Below, in pieces: positions 21,105-32,702 of a stretch of DNA of 64,000 bases. Source of the DNA: Gammaproteobacteria bacterium. GTDB lineage: Bacteria > Pseudomonadota > Gammaproteobacteria > SZUA-140. The position numbers were made by a program, and so were the translations under genes. The notes below the pieces were generated by a model that worked only from the letters and a program-made list of their open reading frames with translations, searched no databases and had not been told where the DNA came from. The stretch spans positions 6,627 through 70,626 of the forward strand of contig WFNO01000123.1 in NCBI GenBank assembly GCA_015488555.1, given 5' to 3'. Positions within the stretch are counted from its first letter, which is position 1; each line of letters opens with the position of its first letter.

Positions 21105-22487
21105 ATGAAGCGGGAGCATGCCGCCCGGCGCCGCCGGCTTATGCACATGATGGGCAAAGGGAGCATCGCCATCGTGCCCACTGCACCCGTGCGCCGGCGC
21201 AACCGCGATGTGGAATATCCCTACCGCCCGGACAGCGACTTCTACTATCTCACCGGCTTTCCCGAGCCCGAAGCGGTGGCGGTGCTGGTGCCCGGCCGCA
21301 GCCAGGGGGAATACATCCTATTCTGCCGCGAGCGGGATCCCAAACAGGAACTGTGGACCGGCCGCAGGGCCGGCCAGGAAGGCGCCCGGGAACACTACGG
21401 CGCCGACGACGCCTTTCCCATCGGGGACCTGGACGAGATCCTGCCGGGCCTGCTGGAGAACCGGGACAAGGTCTTCTATACCATGGGGCGTTGCCCGGAA
21501 TTCGATCACAAGATCCCCGCCTGGCTGGAGCGGATTCGCAGCAAGTCCCGGGCCGGGGTCCATGCCCCGGCGGAGATCGTCTCCCTGGATCCGCTCTTGC
21601 ACGAGATGCGTCTGTTCAAGAGCCGGCGTGAGATCACGCTCATGCGTCGGGCCGCGCGCATCAGCGCCGCGGCCCATGTGCGGGCCATGCAGTGCTGCCG
21701 CCCGGGCCTGCGGGAATATCATCTGGAGGCCGAGTTGCTGGCCTCGTTCATGCGCCAGGGTGCGCGCAGCCCCGCCTACCCGCCCATCGTGGGAGGCGGT
21801 GCCAACGCTTGTATCCTGCACTACACCGACAACGCGGACGAGTTGCGTGATGGGGACCTGGTGCTGGTGGATGCCGGGGCCGAATACCAATACTATGCCG
21901 CCGACATCACCCGTACCTATCCCGTCGGCGGCCGTTTCACCCCAGCCCAGCGCGAACTGTACGAGTTGGTACTGGCTGCCCAGACCGCCGCCATCGACAA
22001 GGTCCGACCTGGCAATCACTGGCAGGATCCCCACACCGCGGCCGTCCGCGTGCTCACCCGCGGCCTGCGGGATCTGGGATTGTTGCGGGGCGACCTGCGC
22101 ACCTTGATCAAGACGGAAGCCTACAAGCGTTTCTTCATGCATCGCACCGGGCATTGGTTGGGCATGGACGTGCACGACGTGGGCAATTACAAGGTGGAGG
22201 GCCACTGGCGGTTGCTGGAGCCAGGCATGGTCCTGACCGTGGAGCCCGGGCTCTACGTTCCGGCCGGCAGCAAAGGCGTGGCGCGCAAGTGGTGGAACAT
22301 CGGCATCCGCATCGAGGACGACGTGTTGGTGACGCGCGAAGGCTGCGAGATCCTCAGCGCCGGCGTGCCCAAGACCGTGAACGAGATCGAGGCCTTGATG
22401 GAGGGCGCGCAGAAACCGTCCCCGGCGGCGCGGGGCGGCAGGCGGCGCCGGGTCTCGATCCAGGCGCCGGGACGGGGCAAAATGTGA
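21105..22487 (+). CDS. pepP: Xaa-Pro aminopeptidase (aminopeptidase P)
   Basis: RNRDVEYPYRPDSDFYYLTGF, metal ligands in DAGAEYQYYAADITRT, HGTGHWLGMDVHD, EPG...IRIED. Start moved to ATG 21105, which follows GAGGG. Confidence 0.93.
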   Translation: MKREHAARRRRLMHMMGKGSIAIVPTAPVRRRNRDVEYPYRPDSDFYYLTGFPEPEAVAVLVPGRSQGEYILFCRERDPKQELWTGRRAGQEGAREHYGADDAFPIGDLDEILPGLLENRDKVFYTMGRCPEFDHKIPAWLERIRSKSRAGVHAPAEIVSLDPLLHEMRLFKSRREITLMRRAARISAAAHVRAMQCCRPGLREYHLEAELLASFMRQGARSPAYPPIVGGGANACILHYTDNADELRDGDLVLVDAGAEYQYYAADITRTYPVGGRFTPAQRELYELVLAAQTAAIDKVRPGNHWQDPHTAAVRVLTRGLRDLGLLRGDLRTLIKTEAYKRFFMHRTGHWLGMDVHDVGNYKVEGHWRLLEPGMVLTVEPGLYVPAGSKGVARKWWNIGIRIEDDVLVTREGCEILSAGVPKTVNEIEALMEGAQKPSPAARGGRRRRVSIQAPGRGKM

Positions 22488-22606
22488 ACACCATTAAGGA
22501 ATGAAGGGGGCAAGGGGTGGTCGCGAGCCGAAACGATACCGCAACGGATCCCATATGCCGGGGTAAAATCACCAGTGGGGGACCGTCCGCCCCGCGAGCA
22601 CGAGCG

Positions 22607-23842
22607 ATGGACGAGACCCACGATTACGACCTGCTCATCATCGGCGGCGGCATGGTGGGGGCCAGTCTGGCCTGCGCCCTGGCGGGCAGCGGCCTGCGCG
22701 CGGCCGTGGTGGAGGCCGTGCCCCTACGTGCCCAGGAACAACCCAGTTACGACGACCGCAGCATCGCCCTGGCTTACGGCACCCGGTGCATCTTCGCCGG
22801 CATGGGGTTGTGGTCCTCCCTGCGCGATGTGGTGACCCCTATCCGCTGCATCCATGTCTCCCAGCATGGCCGTTTCGGCGTCACCCGCTTGGCGGCCAAG
22901 GACTACGGCCTGGAGGCCCTGGGGTACGTGGTGGAGAATCGCGAGTTGGGCCGGGTCTTTGCCCAGCACCTGAAAAGCCTTGACAAAGAGGTGACCTTGT
23001 TTTGCCCCGCCCGCCTGCAGGCCCTGGACTTCGGTGCCGAACGGGTGACGGCCACGGTGGAGCAGGACGGAAAGACCCTGGCCTTGCGGGCCGCCTTGGT
23101 GGTGGGTGCCGACGGCGGTCGTTCCCTGGTACGCCGCTTGGCGGCGGTGCCCAGTCGCGAATGGGACTATGGACAGAGCGCCGTCATCGCCAACGTGACG
23201 CCGGGCCGCCCTCACGACGGAGTGGCCTACGAGCGTTTCACCGACAGTGGCCCGCTGGCCATGCTGCCTCTGGGACGCAACCGCTGTGCCCTGGTGTGGA
23301 CCGTGGCGCGTGGCAGCGAAGACGAACTCCTGGCCTTGGACGACGAGGCCTTCCTGTCCCGGCTGCAGGCACGGTTCGGCCGGCGGCTGGGGACCTTGCG
23401 CAAAGTGGGCAGGCGCCAGGCCTACCCATTGATCCTCATCCGCGCCGAACACAGTCTGGTGCCCCGCCTGGCCCTGGTGGGCAATGCCGCGCGCACCTTG
23501 CATCCGGTGGCCGGGCAGGGATTCAACCTGGGATTGCGCGACGTGGCCGCCCTGGCCGAGGTGCTGTGGGATGCGCGCCGCCGCGGCGAGGACCCGGGCG
23601 CTGCAGCGGTATTGCGGCGCTATCTGGACTGGCGCCGTGACGACCAGCGCCGGGTGGTGGCCGTGACCGACGGACTGGTGCGCCTGTTCACCAACCCCTT
23701 TCCGCCGCTTGCCTGGGCGCGCAGTCTGGGGCTGGCGCTGCTGGACGTACTACCCCCCTGCAAGCGCCTGCTGGCCCGGCAATTCATGGGCTTTGCCGGG
23801 CGCCAGCCACGCTTGGCCCGCGGCCTGCGCCTGGAGTACTGA
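22607..23842 (+). CDS. ubiH: 2-octaprenyl-6-methoxyphenol hydroxylase (UbiH family FAD monooxygenase)
   Basis: MDETHDYDLLIIGGGMVGASLA (GxGxxG), GNAARTLHPVAGQGFNLGLRD. Synteny pepP-ubiH-ubiI. Confidence 0.88.
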   Translation: MDETHDYDLLIIGGGMVGASLACALAGSGLRAAVVEAVPLRAQEQPSYDDRSIALAYGTRCIFAGMGLWSSLRDVVTPIRCIHVSQHGRFGVTRLAAKDYGLEALGYVVENRELGRVFAQHLKSLDKEVTLFCPARLQALDFGAERVTATVEQDGKTLALRAALVVGADGGRSLVRRLAAVPSREWDYGQSAVIANVTPGRPHDGVAYERFTDSGPLAMLPLGRNRCALVWTVARGSEDELLALDDEAFLSRLQARFGRRLGTLRKVGRRQAYPLILIRAEHSLVPRLALVGNAARTLHPVAGQGFNLGLRDVAALAEVLWDARRRGEDPGAAAVLRRYLDWRRDDQRRVVAVTDGLVRLFTNPFPPLAWARSLGLALLDVLPPCKRLLARQFMGFAGRQPRLARGLRLEY

Positions 23843-23843
23843 G

Positions 23844-25067
23844 ATGGCCCTGCGCTACGACCTCGTCATTGCGGGCGGCGGCATGGTAGGGGCCACCCTG
23901 GCCTGCGCGCTACGGGGCTGTGGCCTGCGCATCGCGGTGATCGAGCCCCATCGACTGCAGCGCCAGTGGCCTGCGGACAGCGTGGACCTGCGGGTCTCCG
24001 CCATCAACGTGGCCTCGGAACGCATCTTCCGCGCCCTGGGAGTATGGGCGGCCATGGAGGCGCGGGGCGTGAGCCCCTTCGAACAGATGCACGTATGGGA
24101 TGCGGGTGGCCGCGGCGAGATCCACTTCGACTGTGCCGAGTTGGGGCAGCCGCGTCTCGGCCACATCATCGAGAATCGGGTCGTCCTGGCCGCCTTGCTG
24201 GAAGGATTGGACGACGGTACCGAGGTGGAATTCTGGTGCCCCGCGACCTTGGAAGCCTTCCGTCCCGAGGGCGAAGGCCTGCGCCTGGAACTGGCCGACG
24301 GTACGGTGATGGAAACCCGGCTCCTGGTGGGGGCCGACGGAGCGGATTCGCAGGTGCGGCGATTGGCTGGCATTCCCGCCCGGGGCTGGTCCTATGCCCA
24401 GCGCGCCTTGGTGGCGGTGGTGGAGACCCAGCTCGAGCACCAGGCCACGGCTTGGCAGCGTTTTCTGCCGCAAGGGCCGCTGGCCTTCCTGCCCCTGCGT
24501 GACGGGCGCAGTTCCATCGTCTGGTCCACCACCCCCGAGCGGGCCGAGGAATTGCTGCAGATGGAGGCGCAGGAATTCTGCGCGGCCCTGAGCGAGGCCT
24601 TCGGCCACCGCCTGGGACAGGTGCGCGCCACCGGTCCCCGCGCCGCCTTTCCCCTGCGCCTGCAATATGCCCCCCGTTACGTGGAGGAGCGGGTGGTGTT
24701 GGTGGGCGATGCCGCCCACACCATTCATCCCCTGGCCGGTCAGGGTGCCAATTTGGGTCTGCTGGATGCCGCGGCCCTGGCGGAAATGATCCGTGATGCT
24801 GCCGCCCGCGGCCGTGACTTCGCCGCCCGCAACGTGCTGCGCCGTTACGAGCGCTGGCGCAAGGGTGACAATCTCCTCACCATGGCGGCGATGGACGGTT
24901 TCAATCGTTTGTTCGGTACACCCCTGTGGCCGCTGCGGCTGGCGCGCAACGCCGGTCTGTCGGCCGTGGACGCCTGCCCGCCGCTGAAGCACCGCTTCAT
25001 GGTCCATGCCATGGGCTTGCGGGAGGATCTCCCGGCGCTCGCCCGCGGGCCGGCCTTCGGCTGCTGA
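23844..25067 (+). CDS. ubiI: UbiH/UbiF/VisC/COQ6-family ubiquinone hydroxylase (UbiI-like by position)
   Basis: MALRYDLVIAGGGMVGATLA, GDAAHTIHPLAGQGANLGLLD. ATG lies 2 nt after the ubiH stop. Confidence 0.8.
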   Translation: MALRYDLVIAGGGMVGATLACALRGCGLRIAVIEPHRLQRQWPADSVDLRVSAINVASERIFRALGVWAAMEARGVSPFEQMHVWDAGGRGEIHFDCAELGQPRLGHIIENRVVLAALLEGLDDGTEVEFWCPATLEAFRPEGEGLRLELADGTVMETRLLVGADGADSQVRRLAGIPARGWSYAQRALVAVVETQLEHQATAWQRFLPQGPLAFLPLRDGRSSIVWSTTPERAEELLQMEAQEFCAALSEAFGHRLGQVRATGPRAAFPLRLQYAPRYVEERVVLVGDAAHTIHPLAGQGANLGLLDAAALAEMIRDAAARGRDFAARNVLRRYERWRKGDNLLTMAAMDGFNRLFGTPLWPLRLARNAGLSAVDACPPLKHRFMVHAMGLREDLPALARGPAFGC

Positions 25068-25105
25068 AGCCGGGGACTGGATACGTCGTGGCGGAGGCTG
25101 AAGGC

Positions 25106-26341
25106 ATGGGTTTGTTCGAAATCCTCTCGGTGCTCGTCTCCCTGGCGGCACTGTTCAGTTTCCTCAACGAGCGCTTCATCCGCCTGCCGGCCGCCATCGC
25201 CCTCATGCTCATCGCCCTGTTGCTGTCGCTGGGGCTCATCGTCCTGGATGCCTTCGGTTTCGCAGTGGCCGAGCGGGCCGAGGCCCTGCTGGCGGAAGTG
25301 GATTTCAACCAGACCCTCCTGCACGGCATGCTCGGTTTCCTGCTTTTCGCCGCTGCCCTGCACGTCAATCTCGATGATCTCGCCTCGCAAAAGTGGGTCA
25401 TCGCACTGCTGGCCACCGTGGGGGTGATGACCTCCACCTTCGTGGTGGGTGGTCTGAGTTGGTGGCTGCTGGGGCGGCTGGGCATCGAGCTGTCGCTCAT
25501 CTACTGCCTGCTCTTCGGTGCCCTCATCTCACCCACCGCTTCCATCGCCATGCGGGGCATGCTCAAATGCGCTCATGTTCCCAAGAATCTGGAGGCCAAG
25601 GTCACCAGCGTTTCCTTCTTCAAGGATGGCGTCAGTGTGGTGGTGTTCCTGGTGCTCTTCGGCATCGCGGTAGAGGGTGAGTCCGCCACGCCGGTGGACG
25701 TGGCACAACTGCTGTTGCTGGAGATCAGTGGCGGCATTCTCTTCGGGCTCGTCCTGGGTGGGCTGGTTTACTTGTTGCTCAAACAGGTGGACAACTATTC
25801 GGTGGGGATCCTCATCTCCCTGGCCGTGGTCACCGGTGGCCACAGCCTGGCAGAGGCCCTGCACTTGTCGGGCCCCATGGCCATGGTGGCAGCCGGCCTG
25901 CTGATCGGTAATCACGGCCGCCTGCTGGCCATGAGCCCACGCAGCCGGGAACACCTGGACACCTTCTGGGAACTGATGGACGGCATCCTCAACGTCGTGC
26001 TCTTCATCTTCATCGGCTTGGAGATTCTATTGTTGGTCTTCTCCGGCCAGCATCTGGTGGCGGGTGTGCTGCTGATTCCCATCGTCCTTCTGGCCCGCTG
26101 GGTGAGTGTGGGTCTTCCCATCGCTTTGTTGCGCATGCGCCCCGGCTTCAGTCCTCACGGGGTGACCATCATGACCTGGGGTGGCCTGCAGGGCGGGATC
26201 TCGGTAGCACTAGCCCTGTCCCTGCCCGCCAGTCCCGAACGGGACGTGATCCTCATAGCCACGTACGTGATGGTAGTGTTTTCCATTCTGGTGCAGGGAA
26301 TCACCATCGGTCCATTGTTGCGGCGCAGGCTGCAGGGATGA
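25106..26341 (+). CDS. CPA1-family cation:proton antiporter homologue (NhaP-type) with atypical core residues
   Basis: 411 aa, about 11-12 TM helices, overall NhaP-type layout (LLFGALISPT..., WGGLQGGISVALALSLP). SD GGAGG precedes the ATG. See the finding on substituted ion-site residues. Confidence 0.8.
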   Translation: MGLFEILSVLVSLAALFSFLNERFIRLPAAIALMLIALLLSLGLIVLDAFGFAVAERAEALLAEVDFNQTLLHGMLGFLLFAAALHVNLDDLASQKWVIALLATVGVMTSTFVVGGLSWWLLGRLGIELSLIYCLLFGALISPTASIAMRGMLKCAHVPKNLEAKVTSVSFFKDGVSVVVFLVLFGIAVEGESATPVDVAQLLLLEISGGILFGLVLGGLVYLLLKQVDNYSVGILISLAVVTGGHSLAEALHLSGPMAMVAAGLLIGNHGRLLAMSPRSREHLDTFWELMDGILNVVLFIFIGLEILLLVFSGQHLVAGVLLIPIVLLARWVSVGLPIALLRMRPGFSPHGVTIMTWGGLQGGISVALALSLPASPERDVILIATYVMVVFSILVQGITIGPLLRRRLQG

Positions 26342-26432
26342 GAGGAGACCACTACATGCGGGTGTATGGTCTTCCCTGCCCGTGACTTGCGGCACGGGGA
26401 GCGTGAGAGTGAAACCTGAACGCTGTTGAATA

Positions 26433-27602
26433 TTACCCGGCAGTGAGTAACCCGGCGTATTCCACACGATTGCGTCCTGTCGCTTTGGCAGTGTAGAGGG
26501 CCGCGTCGGCCAAGGCTACCAATCGCTCACCGCTGGGGGCAGCGGGCCTTTGTACCGGATCTCCCGGCGCAGGGGGCGCGGCGCCGGTACTATTGCAGGC
26601 ATTGGGATCGTAAGTGGCGATGCCGATGGAGAGCGTGACCTGGAAGGGGTGCCCGCCGGCGTCGTGGAACTGCCGGGCCGCCACCGCGGCACGGATGCGT
26701 TCGGCCACTTCCCGCACCCGTCCCGGTTGCACCTGGGCCAGCAGGGCGGCGAATTCCTCGCCGCCGTAGCGGGCCAGCACGTCATGGCCGCGCAATTGGG
26801 CGCGGATCTGGTGGGCCACTTCCATCAATACCCGATCACCCACCTGGTGCCCGTAACGATCGTTCACCTGTTTGAAATGGTCCACGTCCAGCAGCAGGCA
26901 GGACAGCGGGTGGCGGTCGCGGTGGGCGGCGGCCATCTCTTCGGCCAGGCGTTGGTCGAAGAAGCGGCGGTTGTTGACCCCGGTGAGGGTGTCGGTGAGG
27001 CCCTGGTGCTTGAGGCGTTCATGGTTGACGGCGTTCTCCAGGCAGATGGCCGTCACTGCCGCCAGGTGCTCGAAGAAATCGGTGCGCACCCCGCGCACGA
27101 AACGGTTGGCATTGCGGCTGCCCAGGTTGAGGCTGCCGATGAGGCGCCCGTGGCGCACCAGGGGCAGCAAGGCGACGCTGGCCGGCCGGCGCCCGCGCGC
27201 GGCCCGCACGGGAAACAAGGGGGCATGATGCCGGGGCTTGTAAGGGCCCAGTAGCGGAAACAAAGAGCGCGGATAGAGGCGTTCCAGGGCGTCCGCTTCG
27301 GTGGCGAACATGAGCGAGGGGTGATCCAGCAGCTTGCGGTTGTCCTTGCCCAGGATGCGTTGGATCTCGTATTGGGAATCCAGGAGGATGAGCGTCACCC
27401 AGTCCCACTTGAAGGTGGAATAGTCCGGATAGAGCAGGGTCTCCAGGAGTTCACACAGGGAGTTGATGCCGATGAGGCGCAGTTCCAGGGCCTGAAAGCG
27501 CCGCAGCTTGCGCTCGTTCTCGCGAGCCTCGCGCACGAACTCCTCCAGCTGGTGGCGCAGCAGTTGCTGGGGATCGGCGCGGAGGTCCTTGGTGATGGCC
27601 AT
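26433..27602 (-). CDS. Diguanylate cyclase (GGDEF) with N-terminal GAF/DUF484-like sensor region
   Basis: C-terminal NNRRFFDQRL...LLLDVDHFKQVNDRYGHQVGDRVL...RYGGEEFAALL...SIGIA. Confidence 0.9.
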   Translation of the reverse strand: MAITKDLRADPQQLLRHQLEEFVREARENERKLRRFQALELRLIGINSLCELLETLLYPDYSTFKWDWVTLILLDSQYEIQRILGKDNRKLLDHPSLMFATEADALERLYPRSLFPLLGPYKPRHHAPLFPVRAARGRRPASVALLPLVRHGRLIGSLNLGSRNANRFVRGVRTDFFEHLAAVTAICLENAVNHERLKHQGLTDTLTGVNNRRFFDQRLAEEMAAAHRDRHPLSCLLLDVDHFKQVNDRYGHQVGDRVLMEVAHQIRAQLRGHDVLARYGGEEFAALLAQVQPGRVREVAERIRAAVAARQFHDAGGHPFQVTLSIGIATYDPNACNSTGAAPPAPGDPVQRPAAPSGERLVALADAALYTAKATGRNRVEYAGLLTAG

Positions 27603-27764
27603 GGCGGTTCAAAGATACAGGCAGTGTGAAGGGGGAACAAGAGATCCGGTGCGGGATGCCGGATCGGCGGCCGGAGCTGGAACCAGAGTCGGAATCAGAT
27701 ATGGGGCTGCGGGCACCGGTCAGGCCCTCCGTCAGGATTGCGGGACGGCCGCGATCGATCTCCG

Positions 27765-28826
27765 TCAGCGGCCGTCCGGCACTGGGTTTGCCAGCGGCAG
27801 GCGTTCCATGAGATAGCACAGGCAGTCCTGGCGGATGATCTGGGCGTCCAGGGTGAGCATGGAAGGCATCACCGGCACGCGGGTGCGGATCTCGCCGTTG
27901 TCGTAGGAGAAGTAGAGGTCGTTCACTTCCCGGCCCGTTTCGTCGCGGACTTCCAGGCGCACGGGCTTGTCACTGCGGATGCGGCCGAAACAGGTGGCGG
28001 GCGGCAGCTCGCAGAAATTGAGCCGATCCAGGTCCTCCACGAACTGGATGTCGGTGGCCGTGCGGCCGAAGCCGAAACTGACCTGGGGCGGGATCTTCAC
28101 CTGGGCGACGGTGTGGAAGAGATCCACGTCACCGTGGGCCACGGGGTGGTGAGGCAGCTCGCTGAGCCGCAGCAGGGCTTCCAGGAAGCGGCGGGCGTGG
28201 GCCACGCCTTCGGGTTCGCCGGGGCGGCCGCATTCCAGGGTGACCGCCGGGCACAAGCGGGCGAAGGCGGCCGACTGCACCCCTTCGGGGTGGGTGAAAT
28301 AGACCACCGTGCGCCCGAACAGGGTGGCCAGATGCAGGAAGCGGGGTTCCAGGCGGTTGACGCAGGCGTAATGGGGATTGTGCCCGGTGTTGTTGTGGAT
28401 GTCCGCGCTGGCGAAGACCCCGTGGCGGGCCATGAGTTCGTAGACCTGCCGCATCACGGCGTGTTCGGCGGTGGCAGGAGGAGTGCCGGGGTCGTCGGGG
28501 CCGGGCCAGATGCGGTTGTAGTCGGGCTGGTGTTCCAGGCGGCGCAGGCCGTAGCGGGCCGCGGCCACGTTGCCGATGAAGAGGTTCAGGGCCCGGGGCA
28601 GCGGGGCCCCTGCGTGCGCGCGCAGCAATTCCTGCACCGCCAACAGCCCTGTGTATTCGTTGCCGTGCAGGAGGATGGAGACGAACAAGGCGGGCTCGCG
28701 CCGCCCCGGCAAGTGGATGAGGGTGGGGCCCGGCAAGTGTTCGTGCAGTTGCCGGGCCGAACAGTGTTGCAGGGGTTCGGGCCAGTGGTCCAGGACGTGC
28801 AGCCGGGTGGACGCCGGGGTGCTCAC
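27765..28826 (-). CDS. Succinylglutamate desuccinylase/aspartoacylase-family (M14-like) zinc deacylase
   Basis: LFVSILLHGNEYTGLLAV...NLFIGNVAAARYGLRRLEHQPDYNRIWPG...ADIHNNTG. There is no ATG near the 5' end. GTG at 28826 forms a GTGA overlap with the upstream stop; an alternative GTG is at 28835. Confidence 0.75.
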   Translation of the reverse strand: MSTPASTRLHVLDHWPEPLQHCSARQLHEHLPGPTLIHLPGRREPALFVSILLHGNEYTGLLAVQELLRAHAGAPLPRALNLFIGNVAAARYGLRRLEHQPDYNRIWPGPDDPGTPPATAEHAVMRQVYELMARHGVFASADIHNNTGHNPHYACVNRLEPRFLHLATLFGRTVVYFTHPEGVQSAAFARLCPAVTLECGRPGEPEGVAHARRFLEALLRLSELPHHPVAHGDVDLFHTVAQVKIPPQVSFGFGRTATDIQFVEDLDRLNFCELPPATCFGRIRSDKPVRLEVRDETGREVNDLYFSYDNGEIRTRVPVMPSMLTLDAQIIRQDCLCYLMERLPLANPVPDGR

Positions 28827-30256
28827 AGCGTCCACTCGTGTACCGGGTTGCCGCGCTCCTGGCGTTCGAGATAGGCCGCGGTGAGGGCCGCCATGTCGCA
28901 ACGGTGTTTTTCCACGTAGGCGCGCTGCCAGGCGGCGCCGGTGCGGCCGCTGCGCACGCGTTGTTCCACGATGCCCAGATAGTGCTCGCGCACGGCGGCA
29001 TCCAGACCCAGGCGCTCCAGGCCGCGGTGGGCCAGGGGCAGGAGGGTCTCCAGCAACAGATCCTGGATGTTGCCGCGCCAGCCGCCGAGCCAGGTCACCT
29101 TGGCCCGCAGGCCGTTGCGGGCGGCGGCGTAGAAGTTGCGCCGCGCGGCGGCGAAGTCCAGGGCCGACTCCGGCGGTTGTTCGGCGGCCGCCAGTTCGCA
29201 GACCAGGCCGAAATAGAGGGCGGCGTTGGCGAAGCAATCGCAGACGGTGGGGCCGGCGGGGATGACGCGGTGTTCGATGCGCAGGTGCGGGCGGCCGGCG
29301 GCATCGAAGCCGATCAGGGGGCGGTTCCAGCGCCAGATGGTGCCGTTGTGCAGGCGCAGGTGGGCCAGGCGCTCCGGGGGTTCGTCCATGACCGCCGGCA
29401 GCAGCACGGGGAAGCAGGCCAGATTCTTTTCATAGCATTCGAACAGGCTGTTCTGCACGTAGCCCGTGCCGAAGCTCACCCGCCGCTCGGCGCCGCATTC
29501 CGGCGAATCATAGCCCCCCACGGCGATGGACTGTTCGAACAGGGGAATGCGGGTCTCGTCCCACAGGTCCTTGCCGAACAGATAGGGGGAGTTGGCGCCC
29601 GCCGCCACGGTGGCGGCCGAGACGATGAGGGAAGCGTTGAAACAGCGCTTGGACAGGCGGGCGTCGATCTGCAGGTGGATCTGGAAGGAAGTGGCGGCGG
29701 CCTCCAGCATGACGTCGTAGTGGGCGGTGCGCAGGTGCTGGCGGCCCTGGATGTCCAGGCCGATGGGCCGTCCCCGGCGCAGCCGCAGGACCTGTTCGTT
29801 GAGGGCGCGGAAGCGTTCCCGCTCCGACATGTTGGCCAGGGTGAGGTCCTGATCCTGCACCGTGGGCAGGGTGCCGATCATGAGCATGCGGCAGCCCAAG
29901 GTGGCGGCGATCTCGCGGCAGCGGCTCCAGGTGCGGTCCAGTTCCCGGGCCATGATCTCCAGAGCCCGGCCCCGCAGGGGCAGGGGACTGCCGTTCATCT
30001 CCACGTTGAACTTGGCCAGCTCCGGCACCACCAGGATGTCCTGGCTGTGTTCCAGGAAGCGTTCGTTGCAGGGGGCCGGGTGGTAGTCCTCGTCCAGCAG
30101 CCAGGCCTCCAGCTCGAAGCCGCCGCGCGGGTGTTCCTCGGCGAAGACTCCTCGTTCGAACCAGGTGCCCAGCAGCCGGGTCTCCTCCTGTAGGCGCTTC
30201 TCGAAGGCCTTGAAATCCTGCTTGTTGAAGCGGCTGCTGGCGACTTCGGTGCCCAT
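28823..30256 (-). CDS. Glutamate--cysteine ligase family (GCS2-like carboxylate-amine ligase)
   Basis: 477 aa from ATG 30256. GGFELEAWLLDE, PELAKFNVEMNGSP and HLQID segments are typical of GCS2-type ligases as I remember them. Confidence 0.6.
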   Translation of the reverse strand: MGTEVASSRFNKQDFKAFEKRLQEETRLLGTWFERGVFAEEHPRGGFELEAWLLDEDYHPAPCNERFLEHSQDILVVPELAKFNVEMNGSPLPLRGRALEIMARELDRTWSRCREIAATLGCRMLMIGTLPTVQDQDLTLANMSERERFRALNEQVLRLRRGRPIGLDIQGRQHLRTAHYDVMLEAAATSFQIHLQIDARLSKRCFNASLIVSAATVAAGANSPYLFGKDLWDETRIPLFEQSIAVGGYDSPECGAERRVSFGTGYVQNSLFECYEKNLACFPVLLPAVMDEPPERLAHLRLHNGTIWRWNRPLIGFDAAGRPHLRIEHRVIPAGPTVCDCFANAALYFGLVCELAAAEQPPESALDFAAARRNFYAAARNGLRAKVTWLGGWRGNIQDLLLETLLPLAHRGLERLGLDAAVREHYLGIVEQRVRSGRTGAAWQRAYVEKHRCDMAALTAAYLERQERGNPVHEWTL

Positions 30257-30296
30257 GGCGTGCGCTCGGGTCCTGGCTCGGCGGAAATCGGACTGA

Positions 30297-32052
<1,756 letters not shown>

Positions 32053-32099
32053 GGTGGTTGCGAGACAGCGCGCGGGGCGTGCGGTGGTTGCGGGCAGCT

Positions 32100-32615
32100 T
32101 CAGTGAGGCGGGGATTCGGCTTCACCGCCGGTCGTGTCCTGCGGCGCGGATGGTTGCTGTTTTTTCTGGCGCATCTGCTCCTCGAAGATGGCCTCGAAAT
32201 TGACCGGTGCCAGGAGAAACTCCGGATACCCCCCCTTGCTGATGAGATCGTCCAGGGCTTGGCGCAGATAGGGGAACAGGGTGTGGGGGCAGTAGCTGCC
32301 CAGCAGGCGGGGCAGTTCCGCCTCACTCATGCCCCGGATGTCGAACAGGCCCGCCTGCTGCACCTCCGCCAGATAGGCGGTCTTGTCTTCCAGCTTGGTG
32401 GTGATGGTGGCGGTGAGCGTCACTTCGAACAGGGTATCGGACAGGGCCACGGCGGAGTTCTGCAATTGGACGCTGGTCTCCGGCTTCCATTCGGAAGAGA
32501 AGATGGCCGGCGCGTTGGGGGATTCGAAGGAGGCGTCCTTCACGTAGATCTTCTGGATGACCATCTGGCGCTGAGGTGGGCCGTCCGTCTGGGGCTGGGA
32601 GTTGTCCTCGCTCAT
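32100..32615 (-). CDS. secB: Protein-export chaperone SecB
   Basis: 171 aa; QKIYVKDASFESPNAP...CPHTLFPYLRQALDDLISKGGYPEFLLAPVNFEAIF. Confidence 0.95.
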   Translation of the reverse strand: MSEDNSQPQTDGPPQRQMVIQKIYVKDASFESPNAPAIFSSEWKPETSVQLQNSAVALSDTLFEVTLTATITTKLEDKTAYLAEVQQAGLFDIRGMSEAELPRLLGSYCPHTLFPYLRQALDDLISKGGYPEFLLAPVNFEAIFEEQMRQKKQQPSAPQDTTGGEAESPPH

Positions 32616-32702
32616 CGGGAAGTTCCTGCTCGTGGCTTGGTGCTGGAGATGGGCGCTATTTTTGCATCGCTGCTCGTGGATGTCGAGCGGCTCCCGGCCC
32701 GG

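Noticed and set aside
26342-26432. Hairpin CCCGTG-ACTTGCGG-CACGGG between the convergent antiporter and GGDEF genes, as a terminator
   Set aside because: The stem is short and there is no U tract on either strand, so it is not strong enough to annotate.
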